Shown one piece after another: positions 39,227 through 48,687 of a stretch of 57,012 nucleotides of DNA. The stretch's first letter is position 1; each line of letters starts with the position of its first letter. The DNA is taken from positions 2,611-59,622 of the forward strand of contig CAYXGG010000012.1 in NCBI GenBank assembly GCA_964464475.1, in the 5' to 3' direction. A program made the position numbers and the translations under genes. The stretch comes from an uncultured Planctomycetales bacterium. GTDB lineage: Bacteria; Omnitrophota; Gorgyraeia; Zapsychrales; JAHFFX01. The notes below the pieces were generated by a model, which saw only the letters and a program-made list of their open reading frames with translations, was not told where the DNA came from and searched no databases.

Positions 39227-40603
39227 ATGCTTCCAGTCATTGATAAGAATACAATTTTAAAATATGATTCTCCCGGACCGCGATATACAAGTTATCCAAC
39301 GGCTCCGGAATGGCAGGATCATTTTTCGCAGGCCGATTATCGAGCAAAGCTTAAGGCTTTTGGGCTGTCTACCAAGACTCTTTCCGTGTACGTGCACTTG
39401 CCGTTTTGCGTGTCGATGTGCACGTTTTGCGCTTGTAACGTGGTTATTCGCCCAAATGATCAGAAGTACGCTGAAGAATACTTGCAGCATTTATTCGCTG
39501 AAATCGATTTGGTCCGAGAAGCCATAGGTAAAAAGGCATTGGTTAAGCAGTTGCATTGGGGTGGAGGCACCCCTAATTTCCTTTCGGTAGATCAACTCCA
39601 ACGGCTTTTTTATAAAATTAAATCTTCATTTGAGGTGGATTTAAATCAGGAAGTTGCTGTTGAAATTGATCCGCGCACGGTGACTGTTGAGAAAATAAAA
39701 GTCCTTAGGGAGGCAGGTTTTAATCGGGTTTCTATGGGCGTGCAGGATTTTGAACCGCAAGTTCAGGGCGCCATTAATCGCATTCAACCATTTGTCAAAG
39801 TAAAAGCCGTTTATGATTTGTGCCGTCAGCTTGGGTTTCAGTCGGTAAATTTTGATTTAATTTATGGTTTACCATACCAAACATTGCAAAGTTTCAGAAA
39901 AACCGTGGAGCAGGTGGCTGAACTTAAACCCGATCGCATCGCTTTGTATAGTTTTGCTTATGTTCCCTGGCTCAAGAAGCATCAAAAGAAAATCGTTGTA
40001 GATACCTTGCCGGAGAACGATTTAAAATTAGATATTTTCTTATTGGCGCGAAATAAATTCTTGAGTTGGGGGTATCAGGCAATCGCCATGGATCATTTTG
40101 CTTTAACTGAAGACGAATTGGCGGTGGCGTATCGATCCGGAAAATTATATCGTAATTTTATGGGGTATACGGTTAAGCCCGCTGACGAGTATATTGGATT
40201 GGGAATGACCGCCATCGGGTTTTTAGAGAATGCTTTTATTCAAAATCAAAAAACGTTACCAGACTATTATGCCGCCCTTAAGGAAAGAAAATTGCCTGTG
40301 GAGCGTGGAAAAGATTTGTCACCCGATGATTTACGAAGGCAATGGGTCATTAACTCTTTAATGTGTCAATTTAAAGTTGACAGCTTGCGGTTTCAAGAAT
40401 TGTTTAACGAACGTTTTGAGGATTACTTTGCCGCCGAAGAGGGGCATTTGGCTAAGTGTCTGGCGGAAGGTTTGTTGGAGCGAGAGGGTCAAGATTTTCG
40501 TGTGACCGAATTAGGCAAAATATTTATTCGTAACGTATGTATGGGGTTTGATTGGTATTTACGTCAGAGCCAAGGGCATAAAAAATTTTCAAAAACTATA
40601 TAA
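39227..40603 (+). CDS. hemN: Oxygen-independent coproporphyrinogen III dehydrogenase
   Basis: GPRYTSYPTA, HLPFCVSMCTFCAC, HWGGGTP, YRNFMGYT. Confidence 0.95.
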   Translation: MLPVIDKNTILKYDSPGPRYTSYPTAPEWQDHFSQADYRAKLKAFGLSTKTLSVYVHLPFCVSMCTFCACNVVIRPNDQKYAEEYLQHLFAEIDLVREAIGKKALVKQLHWGGGTPNFLSVDQLQRLFYKIKSSFEVDLNQEVAVEIDPRTVTVEKIKVLREAGFNRVSMGVQDFEPQVQGAINRIQPFVKVKAVYDLCRQLGFQSVNFDLIYGLPYQTLQSFRKTVEQVAELKPDRIALYSFAYVPWLKKHQKKIVVDTLPENDLKLDIFLLARNKFLSWGYQAIAMDHFALTEDELAVAYRSGKLYRNFMGYTVKPADEYIGLGMTAIGFLENAFIQNQKTLPDYYAALKERKLPVERGKDLSPDDLRRQWVINSLMCQFKVDSLRFQELFNERFEDYFAAEEGHLAKCLAEGLLEREGQDFRVTELGKIFIRNVCMGFDWYLRQSQGHKKFSKTI

Positions 40604-41610
40604 TGCTTAACTCCCTATTCTTACAAGCTTTTCAGGGAACTAATCAGACCGTTCCGGTTTGGTTTATGCGTCAGGCCGGACGCTACTCTCCCGGATATCA
40701 GCAGCTCAAGAAGAGTTACGCCTTAGAGGAGATGTTTTCAAATCCGGAAATTGCTTCTGACGTCACGGTTTTGCCCATTGACGAATTGGGTGTTGACGCC
40801 GCTATTTTGTTTGCCGATATTCTGACTCTTCCGCAAATGTTGGGTTTTGACGTTAAATTCGTTGAACGCGTTGGTCCGGTGATTGCTGATCCAGTGGCGT
40901 CAATTCGAGATTTGGACCGCTTTACTAAGCTGCAGTTGCCGGGACATATTCCGGAAACAATAAAATTGGTAAAGCAAAAGCTCCGAGGACGGGTGCCGCT
41001 TATTGGGTTTGCCGGCGCTCCTTTTACGGTGCTGTGTTATTTAATTGAAGGATCGGGGGCCGGCAATTTTTCTAAAGTGTTTTGGTTTGCCCAACAGGAA
41101 CCCGAGGCATTTTGTAAAATATTAAACGAATTAACGAAAAGAACGATTGAGTACTTGGCTTTACAAAAGGCGGCGGGCATCGATGCTTTTCAATTATTTG
41201 ATACGTGGGCCGGGTCTTTGCGGACAGCTGATTATCAAAGTTGGGCGTTGCCTTTTGCTACAGAAGTGTTTAAATGCGTTGATTTACCATCCATCTATTA
41301 TTTGAAAAATTCATTGCCCTTGCTCAAACCCATGTTGACTTCCGGAGCTGATTTTGTGTCTGTGTGTCATACGGTAGCTTTGGGGGAAGAGCCTTTACTC
41401 GAACATGCTCAACAGGGTGTGCAGGGAAATCTTTTTAACGGTTTACTTTTTGCTGATCCAACTAAAGTCATCCGAGAAACGAAGAAGATTTTAAACAGCG
41501 CCTTAAAATACAAACGGTACATTTTTAATTTAAATCATGGGGTCCTGCCGCAAACATCGGTGCAGATCCTTAAGGAAATAGTGGATACGGTCCATGAATT
41601 TAAACGCTAA
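40603..41610 (+). CDS. hemE: Uroporphyrinogen decarboxylase
   Basis: PVWFMRQAGRY, DAAILFADI, LIGFAGAPFT, QGNL, FNLNHGV. Confidence 0.95.
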   Translation: MLNSLFLQAFQGTNQTVPVWFMRQAGRYSPGYQQLKKSYALEEMFSNPEIASDVTVLPIDELGVDAAILFADILTLPQMLGFDVKFVERVGPVIADPVASIRDLDRFTKLQLPGHIPETIKLVKQKLRGRVPLIGFAGAPFTVLCYLIEGSGAGNFSKVFWFAQQEPEAFCKILNELTKRTIEYLALQKAAGIDAFQLFDTWAGSLRTADYQSWALPFATEVFKCVDLPSIYYLKNSLPLLKPMLTSGADFVSVCHTVALGEEPLLEHAQQGVQGNLFNGLLFADPTKVIRETKKILNSALKYKRYIFNLNHGVLPQTSVQILKEIVDTVHEFKR

Positions 41611-42976
41611 CGATCAGGACATTGTTATTGTCGGTGGGGGCATTAGCGGTCTGACGCTGTTGCATTATTTAAACCAAAAGTTTGCCGGTAAGGCGAAGCC
41701 AAGAATTTTGTTGATTGAGAAGAAATCCATTTTGGGGGGAACGGCCAGTACTGAAACAAAGAATGCGTGTTTGTTTGAGCGCGGCCCTAACGGTTTTCTT
41801 AATAATAAAAAAGAAACTTTGGAGTTTTGCGCTGAACTGGGGTTGAGCGAGCAATTGATTCAGGCGCAGGATACCGCCCATGACCGGTACATCGTATTTA
41901 ATAATAGCTTGCAACGTTTACCCGGAGGCCCTAAGGATTTTTTTGCTAATAAATTGCTTTCCTTTTCGCAAAAATTAAATGTATTGAGAGGGCTTTTTGA
42001 CTCGGCCCGGTCTCATGATCACGAGTCCATTCATGATTTTGTTTCCAGAAAAATGGGAAGTAGATTTGCAGATGTTTTTGTGGATGCCATGGTCGCGGGA
42101 ATCTACGGTGGTGATGTGCGTAAATTGAATTTTGCCCAAGCATTTCCGAAGGTTTATTCATTGGTTCAACAGCATGGATCCTTGTTTAATATACTGCGGG
42201 AGATGAAAAAGACTGCTCCCCTAAAGGACAAAACTGTTAAAAAACGACGGCAATCAACGATGACAGCCTTTCCTTTAGGAATGAGCCAGTTATTTGATAA
42301 TTTACAAAATAAATATTCGTCCCAAATTAAGACAGATTGCGCAGTTGAAGAATTGAGAAAAGTTTCTGACGGATATCAACTGGTTAGTGAAAAAGGAAAT
42401 TCTTATGCTAAAAAGATTTTTTTAGCTGTCCCCGCACCTACCGCCTCAAGAATTTTGCAAAAGTTTGATTCTGATCTAAGTGGGCTGCTGGCCAGCATCC
42501 CGTATGCTCCGGTAGCGGTGGTGGGGTTACTTTATAAACAAGATCAAGTCAAAGATTCTAAGTCAGGATACGGATATTTGTTTCCTTCCTATGAACAGAA
42601 GGGCGTGCTAGGCGTTTTGTTTGAACACAATATTTTTTCCGGACGTTGCCCAGAGGGATATTGTTTCTTTCGAGTGATTCTGGGAGGTGTTTTTAATCCT
42701 GAATTGGTTAACAAAGATGATGCTCAACTCATTGAGCTGGCACGACAGGAATTGCACGTTCGTTTGGCTGTGCATGGTGAGCCCCAGGACATTTTTGTGG
42801 CTCGGTGGCGGCAGGGCATTCCGCAGTACAATGACCAGTATGCTCAAATTAAACCAAAAATAATTGCTGCGTTAGAGAAATTTCCAAATCTTAAATTAGC
42901 CGCCAATTATTGGGGAGGCGTGGCCTTTAATGATTGCATCGCTAACGCCAAACAATTGGCTTTAGAAACCACCTAA
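41594..42976 (+). CDS. hemY: FAD-dependent proto-/coproporphyrinogen oxidase (HemY-type)
   Basis: GGGISGL, FERGPNGF, GIYGGD, GYGYL, IPQY, GVAFNDCI. Confidence 0.9.
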   Translation: MNLNANDQDIVIVGGGISGLTLLHYLNQKFAGKAKPRILLIEKKSILGGTASTETKNACLFERGPNGFLNNKKETLEFCAELGLSEQLIQAQDTAHDRYIVFNNSLQRLPGGPKDFFANKLLSFSQKLNVLRGLFDSARSHDHESIHDFVSRKMGSRFADVFVDAMVAGIYGGDVRKLNFAQAFPKVYSLVQQHGSLFNILREMKKTAPLKDKTVKKRRQSTMTAFPLGMSQLFDNLQNKYSSQIKTDCAVEELRKVSDGYQLVSEKGNSYAKKIFLAVPAPTASRILQKFDSDLSGLLASIPYAPVAVVGLLYKQDQVKDSKSGYGYLFPSYEQKGVLGVLFEHNIFSGRCPEGYCFFRVILGGVFNPELVNKDDAQLIELARQELHVRLAVHGEPQDIFVARWRQGIPQYNDQYAQIKPKIIAALEKFPNLKLAANYWGGVAFNDCIANAKQLALETT

Positions 42977-42987
42977 TCAAGGAGGAA

Positions 42988-43317
42988 ATGATGACGCGTT
43001 GGTTCTCTTTAGGGTTTCTAGTTGCAATAATCCTGTGCGCGTCAAGTCCGCGCGTTATGGCCGGAGATATATCGGCCGTAGGGCTTTCTGCTTCAGACTC
43101 GTACGATATCTATTATTATGCGGGGGATGCGGTGGCGATTATTCGCGACGTTGAGGTCGTTGGCATCCAACAGATTAATAACATTGACTTTTTGGTGGTG
43201 CGCGCAGGAGAGTTCAAATTGAAGAATTTGCCTGGATTTATTCGTTTTGATTCAGTTCAGTCAATTTTGCCTTCTCGGGCGTATCGGGTTGAGGGCAACG
43301 TCATTTTTCAACAATAA
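42988..43317 (+). CDS. Hypothetical exported protein
   Basis: RBS AAGGAGG; signal-peptide-like N-terminus. Confidence 0.65.
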   Translation: MMTRWFSLGFLVAIILCASSPRVMAGDISAVGLSASDSYDIYYYAGDAVAIIRDVEVVGIQQINNIDFLVVRAGEFKLKNLPGFIRFDSVQSILPSRAYRVEGNVIFQQ

Positions 43318-43386
43318 AATTTATTTAAGTCGACGTTTGCTGGGGGGAATAAAATAACTTATACTGCTAATTAGAGGGGAGAAATT

Positions 43387-43812
43387 ATGAGTCCAACTTC
43401 GCAAGCCAATTTTAAGCGCAGTTTATTTTTAAACGTCAACAAGTATCAGCGTCCCATCCTTTATTTAATTCTTCTCCCGTCACTTTTTTCCTGTACGATC
43501 TTGTTCTCCTACATTCTTTATTTTCAATTTGAAGTCATCTCGACGTTGTATTCACCGGAAGTCAAGGATACTGAGCAGTTGATGATTAAGTCGTTGTTTG
43601 TTTTTGGGTTTTTACTCATTTCTTTTCTGGGGGTTGTTCTGTGGGCCTTCCGCACTTCCAGTAATTTGGTAGGAGCGTTTGAACGTATTATCACTGAATT
43701 GGACGCGATATTGGCTGGAAAAGGGAAAAAGCATGTTTATGCCCGCAAGGACGATCAACTCGCAAATGATTTGCTTAAACGGGTTAACGCCTTAATTGAT
43801 AAACTTCCATAA
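43387..43812 (+). CDS. Hypothetical membrane protein, two TMs plus HAMP-like tail
   Basis: Two TMs then LVGAFERI...RKDDQLANDLLKRVNALIDKL (HAMP-like pattern). Confidence 0.6.
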   Translation: MSPTSQANFKRSLFLNVNKYQRPILYLILLPSLFSCTILFSYILYFQFEVISTLYSPEVKDTEQLMIKSLFVFGFLLISFLGVVLWAFRTSSNLVGAFERIITELDAILAGKGKKHVYARKDDQLANDLLKRVNALIDKLP

Positions 43813-43819
43813 AAATACT

Positions 43820-44446
43820 ATGCGCATTTTTAAAATAATCTTAACTATTTTATTTGTTGGTTTTCTAGGGGGCATTCCGGCAAGCGCGGATGTGGTTGTC
43901 TTAAAAAATGGCAGAAGTTTTGAGGGAACCATCGCCAACCAAAATGAGAAGTCCTTAAAATTAGATTCTGGGGTAGGCGTTAACATAACTATTTTTAAAG
44001 ACGAGATAGAGCGAATAGATCCAAAACCATTTGTTTCGTCGCGAATGACTAAACGACCCAAGCTGGTCATTACTGATGATGACGCACGCAAAATTGTGAA
44101 AAGTTTGCAATCAGCCTTGGATAGCTCTGATGCTAAACGCTTGTCGCAAATGGTGCTGCCGGAAGCGGTCATTTTAGTTAAGACGGCCAACGTAACGTAT
44201 GATATTGGTTTAGATGAACTCACAAAATTTTTTAATCGAAAAGGTGATAAAACGTTTGTTTCAAGGGATTCAGAAATTCAGAAAATAATTTTGCAGGAGG
44301 GGCAAGTTCAGATTAATCAGTTTTTTTCTGAGATTAACTGGGTGGGAAATCAAAAAGTTGAAACTAATTATTACCGGGTCAACGTTTTGGTCAAAGATGC
44401 AGCGGGTAAACTGAAATTAGCTTACTGTCTTTTGGATTTAATTTAA
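43820..44446 (+). CDS. Hypothetical exported protein (possible C-terminal NTF2-like domain)
   Basis: Signal peptide ending ASA, then DVVVLKNGRSFEGTI beta module. Confidence 0.6.
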   Translation: MRIFKIILTILFVGFLGGIPASADVVVLKNGRSFEGTIANQNEKSLKLDSGVGVNITIFKDEIERIDPKPFVSSRMTKRPKLVITDDDARKIVKSLQSALDSSDAKRLSQMVLPEAVILVKTANVTYDIGLDELTKFFNRKGDKTFVSRDSEIQKIILQEGQVQINQFFSEINWVGNQKVETNYYRVNVLVKDAAGKLKLAYCLLDLI

Positions 44447-44449
44447 CAT

Positions 44450-45040
44450 ATGACTCAAGAACCTGTTTCCTTTTCCGATAACATCAAATTGCACTGGTTA
44501 ATTTTAGGGATAGTTTTTGCTATCCCTTTTTTAATTTATTACGCCGTTGAAAATCCTAACTCAGTCGTGGCTAAAGTCTTTTTTATCGAACCATCCTATA
44601 TCAAAATGCGGAAAGGGTTTCAGCTGATGGAGGGGTTTGAAAGTTATTCGTCCTTAGAGGATGTAACCTATGATTTAAAGCAACGGGGTGTATCGTCCCG
44701 GGTTTCCTCCAGACTGCTGACGACCACCCCCCAAAAGCCCTATGTCCTTCAGACCATGGAAGTGTCCGGGTATGTTTATCAAGGAAACGTGGGCCACTTA
44801 AAGGCTATCTTCTTTAACGATCGATTAAGTGGGGTGCAGTTTTTCCCTAATGATCCCGATGATATGCGCACTATTCTGATGCAGCAATATAAGAAACGAA
44901 TTGATCTTAATAAAAAACTTAAAATTAGCACTTATATCAACTTGCGCTATTTTAAGGAAAAAGATGATCGTTATGTCTTTAGCTGGGAAGATAGGCGTTT
45001 GGTGGCAGAAGAATTGGCCTGGCTGATGCGTAATACGTGA
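44450..45040 (+). CDS. Hypothetical N-anchored membrane protein
   Basis: 196-aa ORF with a single N-terminal TM. Confidence 0.6.
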   Translation: MTQEPVSFSDNIKLHWLILGIVFAIPFLIYYAVENPNSVVAKVFFIEPSYIKMRKGFQLMEGFESYSSLEDVTYDLKQRGVSSRVSSRLLTTTPQKPYVLQTMEVSGYVYQGNVGHLKAIFFNDRLSGVQFFPNDPDDMRTILMQQYKKRIDLNKKLKISTYINLRYFKEKDDRYVFSWEDRRLVAEELAWLMRNT

Positions 45041-45091
45041 TGCAACCTTATTATTTAGGCTGCTTTCCCTCGTAAATTTCTGAAAACTTCC

Positions 45092-45119
45092 TTGCATTCC
45101 CTTCACTCTTCTCTAAAAT
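45092..45119 (+). promoter_or_regulatory. Putative sigma70 promoter of the type IV filament operon
   Basis: TTGCAT-16-TAAAAT followed by an AT-rich leader. Confidence 0.5.
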
Positions 45120-45142
45120 TAAATTAATTAATATATAAATAT

Positions 45143-46042
45143 ATGTTCCAAGAACTCAAAAAATGGGTGGAGCATTTCGTCGAAAAGGATTCGAGGCTAA
45201 GCACTTCTGAACCTGCCTCAGCTCTTTTTTTGGATGAATCGGTCTCCCCTAGAATACTGGTAGTCTGCAATCAGAAGGGAGGGTGTGGAAAAACGACCAC
45301 AGTCATCAACATCGGTGCCTTTTTGGCTAGTCAGGGCAAGAAAGTGCTTGTTATTGACTTAGACACCCAAGGACACGCTTCATTAGGGTTAGGTGTGGAC
45401 GTGGAGAAAATGAATTGGTCTATTCATGATGTCCTGATCAACAATGTTGATTTAAATCGAGTTATTGTTCCGACCTATGTTAAAAATTTATTTGTTTGTC
45501 CGGCCAATCATATGCTTTCCGGAGCTCAGCTCCAATTAGCAAACCTTATGGCTCGCGAAAGTATTTTAAAGAACGCATTGCAAAAGTTATACCAAAGTCA
45601 GCCTTATGACTATTGCTTGATTGATACCTCCCCAACGTTGAATTTGATAACGCTGAACGGGTTAGTGGCCGCTTCGCATGTTCTGATCCCCATTCAAACG
45701 CATTATTACGCGTTAGAGGGGATGAAAGAGCTTTTTTATACGATTGATGTGGTTCGGGAGCGATTAAACCCTTCGTTAGAAATTGCCGGAATATTGCCAA
45801 CCATCTTTGATTCGCGCATTAAATCCAACCGTGACATTTTGGCCCAGCTGAATGAGTATTTTAAAGGATTGATGTTTAAGTCAGTGATTCATTATTCAAG
45901 CAAACTTGTGGAAGCGCCGCTGTATCGTAATCCGATTGCTATCTATGCTCCGGATTCCAAAAGTGCTAAAGAATACGGCGATGTCACTCAGGAAGTCGTG
46001 GAAAATCTTGCCAAGGGACGAGCGCATGGAATCAGATCCTAA
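45143..46042 (+). CDS. ParA/Soj-family ATPase
   Basis: NQKGGCGKTT deviant Walker A, IDLDTQG, IDTSP, IPIQTHYYALEG, LVEAP. Confidence 0.9.
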   Translation: MFQELKKWVEHFVEKDSRLSTSEPASALFLDESVSPRILVVCNQKGGCGKTTTVINIGAFLASQGKKVLVIDLDTQGHASLGLGVDVEKMNWSIHDVLINNVDLNRVIVPTYVKNLFVCPANHMLSGAQLQLANLMARESILKNALQKLYQSQPYDYCLIDTSPTLNLITLNGLVAASHVLIPIQTHYYALEGMKELFYTIDVVRERLNPSLEIAGILPTIFDSRIKSNRDILAQLNEYFKGLMFKSVIHYSSKLVEAPLYRNPIAIYAPDSKSAKEYGDVTQEVVENLAKGRAHGIRS

Positions 46043-47204
46043 AAACTTGGTGCGCGAGGTTTTTGATAAAAAGGGGTCTCCTCGGGAAAAAGTTTCCTCC
46101 ATTTTTGCTGAGCCTATGGCGAATGAAGAGTCTGTTCTGGTTCAGGAATTTCAAGCTCATAAAAAAGGCGCTCTTACGCCCTGGGCGATTGAATGGGGAA
46201 AGTGCAGTTGCAAGTTTATCCAGCTGAGTAAATCAACAACTAACGTTGAATTGGCTAAAATCGCTTATTTTCATTCCCAAGTCAACGGCAAAACTTTAAC
46301 TGACTTAAAGGTTGAACTAAATGCTTTTATTAAAAAGAATTCTATTAAAGGATCAGCTGTCTTAACGATCCCTTTAAGTGAAACGCAGTTTTTTTGTTTT
46401 ACTTTGCCGGATATGCCGGAAGCGGAAATTTCTCAAGCAGCTTATTGGAAAGTAAAGCAGCTTTTGGGAAATAAGTTTCAAATCACACAATTGAATTTTG
46501 ATTTTGTTACTTCTCAAGTGGCGGTCAATAAAGTTAAGGAGTGGAAGGTGGTAGCTTTTGGTGTTGCCAAAGATTATCTGACGCAGGTTCTTGCTAGCTT
46601 AGAGGGGTTAAAAATTACCGCGGTGGATGTGGAACCGTATGCTCAGTTTTGCGCTTTATTTTGGGCGCAGCAACTGTTGGCGAAAGAAACGGTAGGAATT
46701 CTCCATTTGGGGGCCTCAGAAAGCTCTTTGAGTCTGGTGAACAATTTTAATTTTGTTCATACACAGTTGTTAAACTATTCGGGACGCCACCTTACGGAAG
46801 CGATTGCCAGTAGTCAAAAAATTGATTGGCAAAAGGCAGAATTGATCAAGAAACAGGAAGGGGTCCGTCTCATGCCAGTGACTTCGGGAGCTGATGGCAA
46901 TCGCGCTGTTGTCAGTCAGCTGGAAAGTCTCGCTCTTGACGTAGAGCACGCTGTAAGAGTTTTTACCGGTAACGCCAAACCGGCCGTTAAGGGACTCAGT
47001 AAATTGGTGCTCGTGGGTGGCGGAGCGCTGATGAAAAATGTCGAACGTTTTTTGTCGGATAGGCTCGATTTGCCGGTTGTTATCTTTGATTCATTCCATG
47101 TGTCACGTTTAATTCTTAAAGAAGAACTGCATCCGGTTTTTCGGCAGAATCCCGCTCGTTGGAGCGCGGTTTTGGGAACGTCATCTCGATTTCTGGAATG
47201 GTAA
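46026..47204 (+). CDS. PilM-like actin-fold pilus assembly protein
   Basis: LPDMPEAEI, VDVEPYA, HLGASES, GRHLTEAIA..AELIK, LVGGGALM, RLDLPV; precedes pilN/O-like genes. Confidence 0.75.
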   Translation: MESDPKNLVREVFDKKGSPREKVSSIFAEPMANEESVLVQEFQAHKKGALTPWAIEWGKCSCKFIQLSKSTTNVELAKIAYFHSQVNGKTLTDLKVELNAFIKKNSIKGSAVLTIPLSETQFFCFTLPDMPEAEISQAAYWKVKQLLGNKFQITQLNFDFVTSQVAVNKVKEWKVVAFGVAKDYLTQVLASLEGLKITAVDVEPYAQFCALFWAQQLLAKETVGILHLGASESSLSLVNNFNFVHTQLLNYSGRHLTEAIASSQKIDWQKAELIKKQEGVRLMPVTSGADGNRAVVSQLESLALDVEHAVRVFTGNAKPAVKGLSKLVLVGGGALMKNVERFLSDRLDLPVVIFDSFHVSRLILKEELHPVFRQNPARWSAVLGTSSRFLEW

Positions 47205-47785
47205 AACCAAAATTTCTTAATTTATTACCGGCGTCGTCCGGAGCAAAAAAGTCAACCTCTGGCTTTCCGGGACAAGGATTGCTTTTAATCCTCTTGATGT
47301 TGATCCTTTTGCCAGCGGCATACTACGGTGTACAGCAAATAGTTTTAGTTGGTAAACTGCGTTGGGAAGTGGCTGAATCCAAGCGTAAAACGCATGACGC
47401 CAAACTCAAACTGAGTCAAGCTCAATCGCAGCTGTTGCAACTGGAAAAGGACAAAGTCGCCTTGTTGACTGAAGAAGAAAATCTCAAGAAAAAGCAAAGC
47501 TTGCTGGTGTCCACGATGTCCGAAGGTAAGAGTTTTTCGGGAGCCTTAGCCGCTTTTGCTGCGCAGGTTCCAGAAAATGTGTGGTTAACTCAGTTGGCGC
47601 TTAGCAAAGAGGAAGTGGTTTTAAGTGGAACTACCTATGAAGCACAAATGATCACTCAATTTATGAATGATTTGAATTCTTCCGGAAAATTTAGTAACAG
47701 TCGATTTACTTCGAGTGAAAAGCAATTGTTAGAGGCTCAGTCCGTGCAAACTTTCTCCATGACAACTCAACCGGTCTGGGAATAA
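47198..47785 (+). CDS. PilN-like protein
   Basis: LNLLP motif, TM, coiled coil, VPENVWLTQL..LSG..FMNDL..F. Confidence 0.8.
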   Translation: MVKPKFLNLLPASSGAKKSTSGFPGQGLLLILLMLILLPAAYYGVQQIVLVGKLRWEVAESKRKTHDAKLKLSQAQSQLLQLEKDKVALLTEEENLKKKQSLLVSTMSEGKSFSGALAAFAAQVPENVWLTQLALSKEEVVLSGTTYEAQMITQFMNDLNSSGKFSNSRFTSSEKQLLEAQSVQTFSMTTQPVWE

Positions 47786-47788
47786 ACC

Positions 47789-48682
47789 ATGGCGACGCCT
47801 ACTTCACACCAGCCTTTAACAAGTCCGAATAAACGTACGTTAAGCCGGCAGCAATGGTTGCTGCTTTTTTTAGGGTTGGTGGCAGGAGGAAGTCTTTATT
47901 TGAATGTTTTTGTCAAATCGTTGTGGAAAGAGTCAGGGTCGCTTAGAAAACAGAAAGCGGAGGCGGGACGGCAGCTCGATGAAGTCAAGGCCCAAATGCC
48001 TAATTTGAGTACCACTCAAGTAGAGCTTGAATTATTAAAGGAACGTATTGAGGCGGCGCAACAAGCTAATCGGGGGACAGAAGCTAAACTGTTAAGCGAA
48101 AAACAACTCCCGGATTTCTTAACGCAATTAATAAAATGTGGGCAGGGTTTAAATATTGATTTTCAGTCGGTTAAACAGGAGATTCAGGCGGATAAAGCGT
48201 CTTTTTCACGGTTGTGGGTAGACATGAAGTTTGTGGCTAATCATGAGGATATCGTGAATTATTTGAACCGAATTGAACACATTTCACCCTTTATTCGTTT
48301 GGAAACTTTGTTGCTGACACCTCAGAAAGAAGCCCCGGATGAGAAAATTCTTACCGGATTAAAGATTAGTGCGTTACTGGCTTCTCAGGAAGCTTCGGGT
48401 GCTTCGTTGTTAGGAGCTTGCGAGAACGTACCTGCGGTTCAGTCGTTAGTCGCAAAAAATCCGTTTGCCCCTGATATCAAAAAAGTGGTGATCAAAAAAA
48501 GAGATTTAAAATTGCTGGGAATTACTTTTCGCGGACGGGGAAAAGTTTCTAGCGCACTCATTAACGATACCATGGTTAAAGAAGGGGATGAGATTCAAGG
48601 ACAGCGGGTAGAAAAAATCCAGTCGGATTATGTGCTTTTAAACGATGGAACTGAAAAATACCGTCTAAACGTGGAGCGATAA
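47789..48682 (+). CDS. PilO-like protein fused to a PilP/GspB-like C-terminal domain
   Basis: TM, coiled coil, LPDFL..YLNRIE; then KNPF and LLGITF..ALINDTMVKEGDEIQG.RVEKI. Confidence 0.7.
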   Translation: MATPTSHQPLTSPNKRTLSRQQWLLLFLGLVAGGSLYLNVFVKSLWKESGSLRKQKAEAGRQLDEVKAQMPNLSTTQVELELLKERIEAAQQANRGTEAKLLSEKQLPDFLTQLIKCGQGLNIDFQSVKQEIQADKASFSRLWVDMKFVANHEDIVNYLNRIEHISPFIRLETLLLTPQKEAPDEKILTGLKISALLASQEASGASLLGACENVPAVQSLVAKNPFAPDIKKVVIKKRDLKLLGITFRGRGKVSSALINDTMVKEGDEIQGQRVEKIQSDYVLLNDGTEKYRLNVER

Positions 48683-48687
48683 TACTT

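Noticed and set aside
45143-46042. parA as a plasmid or oriC marker
   Set aside because: No parB, rep, dnaA or parS-like palindrome seen nearby
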